DNA of 64,000 bases from Lepidodermella squamata (taxonomy: Eukaryota; Animalia; Gastrotricha), in contig JBLDXI010000015.1 in the NCBI GenBank assembly GCA_047495785.1, positions 4,340,001 through 4,404,000 of the forward strand, in the 5' to 3' direction. Made by a program: the position numbers and the translations under genes. Positions 52,900 to 64,000 of this stretch are shown here, in pieces (the first letter of the stretch is position 1; every line of letters starts with the position of its first letter). Below the pieces are notes generated by a model. That model saw nothing but the letters and a program-made list of their open reading frames with translations. It had not been told where the DNA came from and ran no database searches.

Positions 52900-53589
52900 A
52901 ACTGTCATTCGACTTATTGAAGCTTATTATTATAGCTTGATTGGCTGCATGACATGTTAGTCGGGTGAAATATGAACAAAACGCAGCTTCTTACCACACG
53001 TTGTTATTCGCGTTGTGCCTGCTTCGCTATTTTTAGTATTGACTGACTAATTATACTAGTTTCTCTATGCGGTTTTGTACGTTTTCTGGTTTTAAATTCA
53101 CGACGACTGTTGCACCTAGTGAGTCCTACTTGACTGGCACCAAGCTTCTCGGCTATATTTTTGTGACATTTTTCCGATGTTGTCGTCGTCAAATTTGAAT
53201 GCAACTAGTCAAGTCGATATTGCAACAGAAAATCATAATATTAACCTAAAAGGTGTTGTGTATTTGTAACGCGAAAATAATGTTATGAGTGTCCTAACAG
53301 ATTGAAGCGCTTCCTATAGTCCAAATAATTTAACATATACGGTGTTGTCGAGTGTTGACCGATGTGAAACAAGATGGACGAATTATTCCACATAATGATA
53401 ATAATATTATACTAATTTCGATATTTTTTATTAATGTTGTATACAAGAATTTTTCTTTGACCGGTCACACTTATAAACCTGAGTTCATCTGTGTTTCATT
53501 TTGGAAAGGTTCAGCTGTCGCTATGATGTACATTGTCGAAGTAAAAAGTCATTCAATGGTGTTAACTGGCTTATTCTGTCCAATCATAG

Positions 53590-55592
53590 ATGGCCTCGTT
53601 AATTAAATTGGTTTCTCGTCGATGCCTATCATCAACTTCAGGTATGGGCGTTCTTCGAACGGCCATCGACCGTCAGTCACCACTTTTCAAAGAAAACCAG
53701 ACTTCGATGCAAAAAGCAGTCGACGAGCTGCAGTCAAATGTAAATGATTTGCTAAAATTTGTTATTAGTCTTGAACATGATTTATGTTCAGGTCGGCCGT
53801 ATAATGCTGGGTGGCGATGATAAATCCCGTCAAAGGCATCTTCAACGCGGTAAATTGCTTGCTCGCCAGCGTATCGATCGACTCCTAGACCCTGGTAGTC
53901 CCTTCCTGGAGCTGTCACAATTAGCTGCGTTTGATCTCTATGGTAAAGACAACGTGTCATCTGCCGGAATCGTGACTGGTATTGGTCTCGTCAGTGGTCG
54001 GTTCTGCGTCATTGTCGCTAATGATCCGACTGTGAAAGCCGGTACTTACTACCCCATGACTGTGAAAAAGCATTTAAGAGCCCAAGATATCGCTCATCAA
54101 AATCGCCTACCTTGCATCTACCTCGTAGACTCAGGTGGCGCGAATCTGCCTCGTCAGGACGACGTCTTCCCCGACCGCGACCACTTCGGCAAGATCTTCT
54201 ACAATATCGCGAATCTCTCGGCTAAAAACATCCCCCAAATCGCTGTTGTTCTCGGCAGTTGCACGGCGGGAGGCGCTTACATACCAGCCATGTGTGACGA
54301 GTCGATTATCGTAAAGAAACAAGGCACGATTTTCCTCGGCGGCCCACCCCTCGTCAAAGCTGCGACCGGTGAGACAATTTCGGCGGAAGATCTCGGCGGT
54401 GCTGACTTGCACTGCAGAAAATCGGGTGTTACCGATCATTATGCGCTTGACGACGAACATGCCCTGGACATCGCGCGACGGGTTGTCGCTGATCTGAACA
54501 TCCAACCTTACTCACCTGATGCGTTGCCTGCTTCGGCACCATTTCCTTCTGGAAACTCATACGAAACTCACAATGGTATCACCATCAAGAAACCTGTGCG
54601 CAATCCCCTTTATCCCATTGAGGTAATTCAGAGGAGTTCAATAATGAATAAGATGTAATTGTTTTGTTTGCCAGGACCTTTACGGTATAATTGGAACTAA
54701 TCTCCAGCGTACTTGGGACATCAGGGAGCTGATCGCTCGAATTGTTGATGGCAGCGAGTTTGATGAATTCAAGGCTTTGTATGGTGAAACCTTGGTTACT
54801 GGCTTTGCTCGTCTTTGGGGCTTCCCAATTGGCATTATTGCTAATAACGGCGTGTTGTTCTCTGAATCGGCAGTGAAAGGTGCCCATTTCATCGAGTTGT
54901 GCTCTCAGCGCAAGATCCCGCTGGTTTTCCTTCAAAACATCACCGGCTTCATGGTTGGAAAAGATGCCGAGGTAAGTTGCTTAGGGCGGTATAAAAGGTT
55001 CAACAATAAAAATTAATGCGATCTCAAGATGGGTGGCATTGCGAAGCACGGTGCTAAACTGGTAACAGCTGTCGCTTGTGCTGAAGTTCCCAAATTCACC
55101 CTTATTGTCGGTGGCTCTTATGGCGCTGGTAACTACGGTATGTGTGGCCGAGCCTACAATCCACGGTATGCTAAAACGTGACTAATTTGGTGTTTTCTTT
55201 TGATTATGATGTTTCAGATTTTTGTGGATGTACCCGAACGCACGAATTTCTGTAATGGGTGGTTCCCAAGCCGCCAATGTGCTGGCCCAGATTGCGCAGG
55301 AGCAGCGAGAAAAGGAGAAGCGTCCGGTTTGTAGTTGTCTACTATCGATTAATTCTCTTTAAAATTGTTTTTTTTTCAACTCTAGCCATTGTCTGCCGAA
55401 GATGAAGCTGCTATTAAAAACCCGGTGATCGAAAAGTACGAGCGTGAGGGCTCTCCCTATTATTCATCTGCTCGCCTGTGGGATGACGGCGTCATCGACC
55501 CGCTCGATACGCGCACCGTGCTCGGCTTGGGTCTTACTGCCGCGCTGCATGCACCCATCCCCAAAACAAATTTCGGCATTTTCCGCATGTGA
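53590..55592 (+). CDS. MCCC2: Methylcrotonoyl-CoA carboxylase beta chain, mitochondrial
   Basis: [81 protein letters not shown]. Confidence 0.97.
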
Positions 55593-55768
55593 AGACTCAG
55601 AGAACTGAATTATAAATCGTTGTTTCACCCGGCGAGAGAATTAGCTGTAATGTTAAATCCGCCAATAAAAATTATTATTTTTGAAGCAGAATAAGCGTGT
55701 TTATTTTCAAATAAAATTCAGCACAAACAATATGGGCGAAAATAATGACGCACAACTAGAGAATATCT

Positions 55769-58700
55769 TTATAAATCATCCAATGAAATCGAAATATGCA
55801 GTGATTCAAACGAATTGAGAACATTGCGGCATTCTTGAGAGGCGGCTAATAAAGAATCACGATTATACTGTTCATAAAAAATCGGGCAGTCAGACGAGGA
55901 GCAAGCGAAGAAAGTTTGCTTTTCATTCGATGCTAACCCGGGATGAAGTTCGGCAGTGTTGAGCATCGGCTGGAATCTGCAGCACATTTGGCATGTTTTG
56001 TCGATGGCTTCAACTCTGCGCTCGATCGCACTCGCTCGATGGGCCAATAGCGTTGTCGTGGAAGCGGGTCGTTCTCGGCAATTCGCGCAAAGTTTATCGA
56101 AGTTTCCGTGGCGTTTATACGTGAATCTGCTGCGCTTTTGAGCGTTGCCGCTTTGAGCCGTCGTTAGCGTACCGCATATGATACATTGACGTCGCGTGTA
56201 CATCTGAGTAAGAGTGATGACCTTGGAGGAGGATGCAGCCATAACTTTTGAATATGTCGGCATTTTCACACGATTTTTGTCGGCGATAGTGCTAGTAGCC
56301 GTGTTGCCGGATGATAGAACGATTCGGAAGACGTCGATGTTGGCTGTTCCGAGGGCTCGATCCAAGGCGGGCAGCAGTTGACGTCGGATATAGTAGTCGG
56401 CATTAGGTCTCAAACCCTGATTGACGATTTCCATCGGCTCTCGAGCAGTTTGCATAATACCAGACCCTGGCGCATCGACGGTAATCATGTAATGCACGCG
56501 GTCACCGGCTAAGGGCTCGGCGAGAGGATTAGAAGCTTTTCTTCTGTTGGCAAGCAAAAAGGCTGCTGCAGATCCTTTTTCAGAGTAAGTGTGAGCCCCG
56601 CGATATTCGCGGGATAACAGCAAGTCAGGTATCGGAACTAGCCCTGTTTCTAGCCGCTTGATCTCTTTTTTCAAGTACCTTCAACAATAAAACTCAGGAC
56701 CAATTCTTCGATACAAATAAATAACTACCTGATTACTTGTTCATTGCTGTCGGTCGAAAATAGCGTGCGAATAGATTTCTCGAGAACTTTCGCGACAAAC
56801 GGGCATTGATCTTTTCTCATAGTTTCAAGTCCTTTCGACAAAAATTCTGGTTCTTTCTGATCGGGGGTTTCGTACATGAAACCGCAATAACGCTTCTTCG
56901 CTTCTAAAATGCATCGACTGAATACTTTTTCCAGCTTTAGCTTGATAGGAGCCGGGTTCGAATTAGTCACCGCTTCTGCAATTTGAGCGCCATAGTCGAA
57001 GGCTTCGGCCATAGTTCCACCAGGAACCAGGACAAACAACGAATCGGTATCGCCGTAAATAACACGTGCGCCGCCCCATTCGTTTCGACGGGCAGTGACC
57101 AATGCAATGGCATTTTCCAGAGCTTCGCGGCCTTTCCTCACAATAGAATCAGCAATTTCAATGCAAGGCATGCGTCCGCTGTAATTATATGGAAATTAGG
57201 TTTGTTTGAAAAACTTGAAAGAAACCTACCTGAAATTAGCAGCAGTATAACCATAGGTAACGTTTGCTAACAGTTTTAGGCCGAGTTGACGGTCATCGAG
57301 CATCTTCAGGATGGCTGGCTCGTCCTTGTACAATTTCATTGACGCCTTGACCATCAACCGGGTGTTCAGCAGGTCTTCTACTACAGCTGATATGATTCCG
57401 CGACGAATGTGGCGTTTCACAAAGACCACGCCATTCGGAGAAATATTGACGTCATTTGGGGATAAATTGCCCAGAATCGATGGTGGAATTTCGTATCCGT
57501 CAGGGAAGCAACCGAGTTGTTGCGGCCCTCCCTTTGCCAGTCGGTCGAGTCGACCCAAACACGTGTCAAAGGAATAATTGTAAGCCTTTCATTCAAGTTC
57601 GAAATGTAAACGAGCTACTGTAACATAATCAACTTACAATCATAATACTCGGATATAAAGACTAAAAAATAGGGATCAGTTGAGTGATGAATGATATAAG
57701 TATTATTGAGCAGAAAATTTACCTGGAAATCAAGAACAATGACCGGACTTTTATAATAGTTTGAAATCGGTTCCAAATTTAGGGCGATGCACTCTATGAT
57801 ACAAGAAGTCAGTATTCAGTATGAATAGGTCATAAAAGCTGGTACCTGGTGCACATTGTGATGCCCTTTGCTGGACTGAAGGTGATACGGCGACAAAATT
57901 GAGACGTCTGGCCAGGCGAAGCATGACAGCTTCCACACGATACTGTGATCCTCGTGACAGGCAATCGTAATAAAGTATGCCGTATAAACGCGCCAGCTCA
58001 GATGTTCGGGATAGCAGGTTCAATTTAATCAGCATCTGAATGTTCGACAGGCATCTTTCGACGTAGTAATTTATTGAACGAGGTCTGGTAATGGCGCGGC
58101 GGAGCCACCAAGACAGCAAACCGTTGTCAAATTTGGGAATGCGTCGATGTAAAACGTGGAAAGCAGATGATTCGAAAGAGTATGATTGAACGTGATCCAG
58201 CTCGTGGCGTATCAAACGCCATAGAGCAAACAAAACTCGACCTTTCGCCGGTGCAAACGTAAAATCCCCACGATTTTCAGGCGGATTCTGAGGGGCATTT
58301 GGATGCGACAGGGGTGAAATGCGCCCCAAACGTTGAATAGCGTCAGGAATCAGAAGAGCTGCGGCTCTTTTAGCTAAATATCCGAGCGACGCCCGTTCAA
58401 TTTCGTAACCGCACAAAATATCCGGGTCGATTATTTCCAATTCATCCAAGAAATGTGTGATTAGTGAGCGCTCGTCCAGAAAAACATCGACGCTCAATGA
58501 TCCAAAAGCGGTGCAGGTAGGTAAAATACAGCTGGTATCAGCACCAAACGCATCTTTGTTCAACGCGACGATAGTCTGAATGTCATTATTAAAAGAAATA
58601 TCCGTACAATTCATTTTCGAATAGATTAAACACGCTATAACATCTCGACTTGGGTCAGGAATCGAGGTTGAAATAGCATGCAGCTCCATTGAGACAACAG

Positions 58701-61481
58701 TGAGATGCTGGGCGGCAAACTTCTGTTGATCATCAGTAACAGGGCTTGGATTTTTCATCGACTTGACTGCGAAGCTGAAAGGCGAATGGCTAACTGGAGA
58801 GGCAATCGTGGTCGTTTCCATTAACATCGTAGAAATAGCCGTTTGGGTCGCGGACTTGGGTCGCAGCTTATTGATATGAGGAGTAGATGTGAAGGCAGGC
58901 GTTTTACGCGCAGTTCCCATGCACGATTCTTCCAGGTCTCCTCCATCAGTCATTACTGTGGTGTTGAAGCAAACACTTCGATTTATAGCTCGTGAACCAT
59001 TTTGACGAGTCCATCTGTCCACGACACGTCGAGAAGGCGGCTTTCGTTTCGGCTTCAGCGTGTTTTTGAAAAATGCTGTCATATCGCTCTCATTGGCAGT
59101 TTGAAATGGAGTGAGATCATCTTGGAAAAAATGAATACTGGTTTGATCCATACTTACTCGATTACTTGCTCTACTGGACAGCTGTTGTGACAAGCCAACC
59201 AGCTTTAAGGATGAATCACTTATTGGACTAGACGAAGGTGAGATATGGCTAGGACTTTCGCCAGATGATGGCAGCATAGCGGTCGAACTTCGAAACGAGT
59301 AAATTGACGAAGATCCGATATCAGAAATGTGAGATATCGGCGACTGGGGAATAACCGCAGCGAATGTGTTAGGCAAATCCGATTCTTGGCTTGTCCCAGG
59401 CCTGATAGGTTCCAATCTGATCCCGGATCCGAATTTCTCTGAGGGAATTTCTGCGTTGCACATAATCAGAGATGAACCTGACGATGATGAACTAGTCGAC
59501 ACTAGAATAGGGGATGGCGATCGGTCGCTGGAAGATGAGCTTCCCGGTAGTACGTCGCTACCTGTGAGTGACTTCCGAGTTTTTGGTGGTGGCGGTGAGG
59601 TAGGTTTAGTGGGCGTTGGCCGCTTGGATCCTTTTTCTGATGAAAGAAACCCAAGTCATTATCATTTACGTACTGCAAGTGCAAAAACGTCTTTCTCCTA
59701 GTCTCTCAAAAAGTTAAACATACTATGTTTCATCCGAATTATTTTATTTGAATTTTGTTAGAAACCGCAAGTATTTTGGTATAGTGGAGTTATTAGAAGC
59801 AGAGGAATTTTTATTTGACCGTAACAAAACAAACTTACTGTCATTGGTTCCATCGAGTTGTGACGGCATTTCAGGAGACGATACATCTTCATCGGCGGCA
59901 AAAGCGTTCCAGTCAACGCCATCGAGATCATCCTCTTGTTGCTCCAAATCGTCATCTATGTGATCAGCATCTCCCAAATCGACAATGTCATCGTCGATTT
60001 CCTCATTTTGAGAGCAAGAAAGAATACTGCCAGGTTCGATATCTACATCAAATTCGCCATCCGCCTTGTCCTCGTCGTATGCTAAACAAAATAAAAACCA
60101 TTATTGCCACATATTTCTCAAACGAAAATTCTCACTTTGAGGTGCGGCAGTATTCGATTCTCTGTCACCACTCGCTGTGCTGACGATATTTTCAAGGACT
60201 TGTGTCATACTATCCATCATATCGGGCTGCGGTCCCCAATCATTGGTGACAACCGAAGTGTCAGGACGAATAACTTCTTCCAGAACCTGAGTCAATCCTT
60301 GTTCGTTATCATGTGCTATCCTCTGAGTTAGCAGCCCTTTACATTTATCTATAATTTCTGCAAACCTCTTCGACATAGCGGTTTCTCTCTCGTTGAACTT
60401 GTAGAATTAAAATAGTTATACATCACGAATAAGTATTCAGGATGAAAATGTGACTAACAGCTATTTCTCTGCCACCAGGTGACACTGGCAGCTTCAAATC
60501 ATCGGCAGATAAGCCATGATTCAACCTTCGATGCCTCTCATCTTGCCAAAGAGCACTCAGGCTAGCCACGCTTGCCTCTAAGAAAGAATATAATGCAGGC
60601 ACTAAGAAGTAAGCCATGTCTAAAAGTACCTCCGAACGGTAAATATTGGTTTTCTATGTCAGCAGAGGTGATATCGCATTCTACTGCGCAGCAGCTTTTA
60701 CGACGGATTTCGCCCAGTGAAAAATTGTCTGATTTTTCAAGGCCGTTGCACCACGAGCCCTCCCGAAATTTGGCTCGTTTTATCGTCATCCAGTCCATAC
60801 CAAAAAGGTTGTGATTCATGAGAAATTGTAAATGATATGGAACATGAGCTTCGTAAGGTTGAAATCTTCGACCCATAACTCTGCCGGAAAGCAACACCTC
60901 CGATGCCCTGAATAACAAGTTTTCATCATCTCGAAAAATAATCATGTGAACAGAACTTTTTAACATAAGCCGGGTTCAACAAATAAATCTTGTAGAATGT
61001 CGTTTCGGTTGCATTGTATCCATACATTGAGTAAGCAGACACGATATCGACGTCGTAAACGGCAGCGATGTCGCCTCTTTCAGCAATCAAAGCGTCGATA
61101 GACATCGCAAAATTTGATACAAAATCGAAGTCAGTCGAGTAACACGGCACAAGTAGATAGGGTAAAGCATTATGAACGTGGACACAGCACTTCTGTCCTG
61201 AAAATCAAGGGGACTGAATTTAGCAAACGACGCAGTTGCAAAAATCTAGAAGTAGATACATTTAATTAAAACGCTCTGTTTTCATGAAAAAACGAAGAAA
61301 AAAATAAATAATCCAGGTCGAATAGTGTAGAATGCAGCATACCTTCCTCGGAAACGCCGAATACCCGAATGACGGCAAGTTTGCTGACCTTTTTATTCGA
61401 TACAGGGCATGTATCGATTTCGTATCCGTCGCATGGGCTCGCCTGATAAGAGTCGACAACAACAATCTTAACTTTCATCAT
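55769..61481 (-). CDS. REV3L: DNA polymerase zeta catalytic subunit (multi-exon)
   Basis: CVHVHNALPYL, FQPYEAHVPYHLQF, SQLDG, LSRGSQYRVE, VLDFQ|SLYPSIMI, KLLANVTYGYTAANF, YGDTDSLF, KGLETMRKD, C-terminal CysA/CysB. Confidence 0.96.
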
Positions 61482-64000
61482 TGCTGCGCCTCAAACGACC
61501 CTATAGGAATGCACAACGAACAGTGAGATGATACGCTAATAATATTGAATCGCAATAGGTTTCGCACGGAGTTTGTTAATGAGAAGTCATCCCGTGAAAT
61601 CATATCAATATTAATGTGCGCTATTGTATTCATTGATACATTACATTGCAATAATATAGGCTTGTGACTTTCTCGTAGACGGCTTGGTTAAGTATCCAGG
61701 CCGTATGATGAACCAGTCACAATACGATCACTTCAAATTGTGCATAGTTAAATAGGCCGTAAACGGTGTGAATGGCAGAGATCGCGACTAATTTTCGCTC
61801 TTCGCTCGCCATCTCCAGGCTTCACGCCATATCGCGAGAAAGTCACCCCCTTTTGGCACGTCAAAGTGACCCCACAGCCCAACGTCATCCAAGTTGACGG
61901 TGGTAAAAGAACGGAGCAGCATAATTAAAAGCAGCTAAAAGCAAAACTACTCGATTTTCTAGTATTGGAAGGGGAGAAGTCCAAGCTGCGGTGCAAGCCT
62001 CTGATGCTTCGCCTTTTGGTTGTTACAGCTGAATTTAAATTAACCCTGAAGTAGTTCGGCGAAGCTACAAGGGCGTTATTTATGGGAAAATTCCGCGATT
62101 TTCTTCGGTTTTTTCCGATTTTGAAAAGCGCGGTAAATACCACTCTAATTTGACGGATAATTGTTTCAAAATGTTCGAATATGACGAGAAATAAAATTTT
62201 ATGTTATTTCACTCGGGGGACAGAAAAAATTAATTATTGCAAGTTTTTCAGTTTTTATAGGGGGCTGCAACCCGCGAACAGTGAAAGAAAGAAAGTTGCA
62301 CCCGGCTCACCATAGTTTCGGCCGTGTTCGTGTTTCCGCCTTCGCTTTTTTCAGTTTCGCTATCGCGCATGGTGCTTGGCGCTTGTATGCTGGCCTGATA
62401 CCAAGTAAGAAGTAAGAATTTCCAACTTCAGCTTGCCAATAGTAATGTTGCCAATAGTACCAAGTGTCGAGTCAACCAACTATTGATTTACTATTTCCTT
62501 GCTACACTATACACATTTGTAGTGAATCCTCAAGTTAGTAACTGTGCTGTTATATAATTTTGCGGTTTGGTAGATTGCTGGCAATCGGTAGTATCGAATG
62601 GTTTTGAGTATTGAGAATTGGAGCGAAGCCGCAAGTCGTAGTCCGCTGTGTAAACGTTTCTTATTTCTTAATTGGTGATGGGGCGAGGGGCGACATGTAA
62701 TATTGCTCTACATATTTATTATCAACTTGTTCAAGCAATGAGAAAGGTCCCTGTTCGGATACTCATCAAAATTTTGATATTTCCCAACTGTTCTTAGTTG
62801 TTGTCTGTTGTCTGTTGTCTGGATAGTTGAGTGTTGAAACCTAGGTCCTAGGTCCTATGTCCTGATGTTATTGGCAGCTGCAGAATTGTCCCATTATTCA
62901 AAGCCTTGCAACGAGCCACTGTGCTCAAATTATTCAAATTATTCTGCTGTTATAAAAGGAAATCTGAAATCTGCAATATCTTGAAATTTGTTACATGATG
63001 CTTTCATCGATTATCGAAGATTCATAATTGAATAGCCCAAAGGAAGCACAGACTCTTGTTTGTATATTTAATGAACCGTTTTCGACAAGTTATAAAGTAA
63101 TATCATGTCAAGAACCTTTGATTATTGTAATTTTGACGGGATAAATGCATTGGAAGGGAAAATTTTCAACGCCTTTAGATTAACCTAACCTCGCCGATTG
63201 TTCACGGGACCAGCTGATAATTAATAATTTAATGGGAGGCAAGTCATATTTTTTGTTTCCACTCAAAATGATTCTAAGTTTTAGAAACAATATTGCGCAT
63301 TGCGCTATAGCTGCTTCCGTGCACCGTCGTTGAGTCACTAATTTGCCCAGCTGAGCAAATAGATGATTATTCAGAGCCTAAATATTTTTTATTATATCTG
63401 ATTAGGTGAATCTGTATCCATCCATTCTACTTCTAAGCCCCATACTGAGATGCCCGAGATGTTTTTTATAATCTATTGTTCGCCCTTAGACTAAGTTGTA
63501 GTATTCTTTAATTGATGCCTTTGTTACGGATGACTGTTGTTTTCTTGAAGTCAATATTACGTTCATTAAACATGCGATATGTGCTATAATATGATTATTA
63601 TTATAGCTGCTTTGTTTTCTCGTGTCGCATTCTTACCATGGTATTTTGTCTCATTGGGGTTTTGGGTTTGAGCAATGTGACATGTGGTACATTATGTATA
63701 GTGATTCTATGTTATGCAGCAACAGAACGGGGAACGTTTAACTGAATATTCTGCATTTGTTCGTTCGCTGTACGTCCGTGTTTACTCAGCGATTGTGTGT
63801 CTGGACTCGGGCCTGACACAAGTTCGCGCCGCTATGCTAACTATATTTAGCCTTAAGCACTAGATCAATTGAGAGGGCGTATGTTCGTGATTCTATAGCG
63901 TAGTATTTATTGCGGTGCAACACAGCGTATTGAAGTTCGTAACGATTTTCAGGCGCAGCCGTTTGTTTACTGCGGTTGCTTTCTTTTGTCGATTCTCTAG

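Noticed and set aside
59674-59697. Frame-preserving 24-nt cassette exon in a REV3L intron
   Set aside because: The downstream intron would be 37 nt, shorter than others here, and the acceptor is weak
63181-63191. TAACCTAACCT telomere-like or Helentron-like motif
   Set aside because: Only two units and no supporting element structure

Overview
Eukaryotic, metazoan DNA (F-spondin, atrogin-family F-box and MNS1 are present) from a very compact, gene-dense invertebrate genome. Most introns are about 45-60 nt and GT-AG. I can reconstruct 20 protein-coding genes: ZDHHC9/14/18-type palmitoyltransferase, FAH, MNS1, PYROXD1, ATP6V1F, FBXO25/32, PUS3, SND1, an orphan, WDR77, an SLC35A transporter, SEC61B, F-spondin with a nested antisense ABCG (white-like) gene, an orphan single-pass membrane protein, RRM1, POLR3G, ATP9, MCCC2 and REV3L. 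Genes mostly form co-oriented runs leading away from divergent promoter regions. Best non-obvious signals: (1) SND1 introns are oversized, and two carry unannotated two-hairpin H/ACA snoRNAs whose pockets match conserved 18S and 28S rRNA sites; intron 1 holds a further structured RNA candidate. (2) SND1 starts only 108 nt after the PUS3 stop, behind an unpaired splice acceptor, suggesting an operon resolved by trans-splicing or a shared first exon. (3) The SND1 Tudor aromatic cage is lost. (4) A full ABCG gene fills an F-spondin intron on the opposite strand. (5) A 920-bp TA-flanked TIR element with internal repeats sits in a PYROXD1 intron. Exon boundaries were read by eye, and rRNA and human protein comparisons are from memory, so both need computational confirmation.
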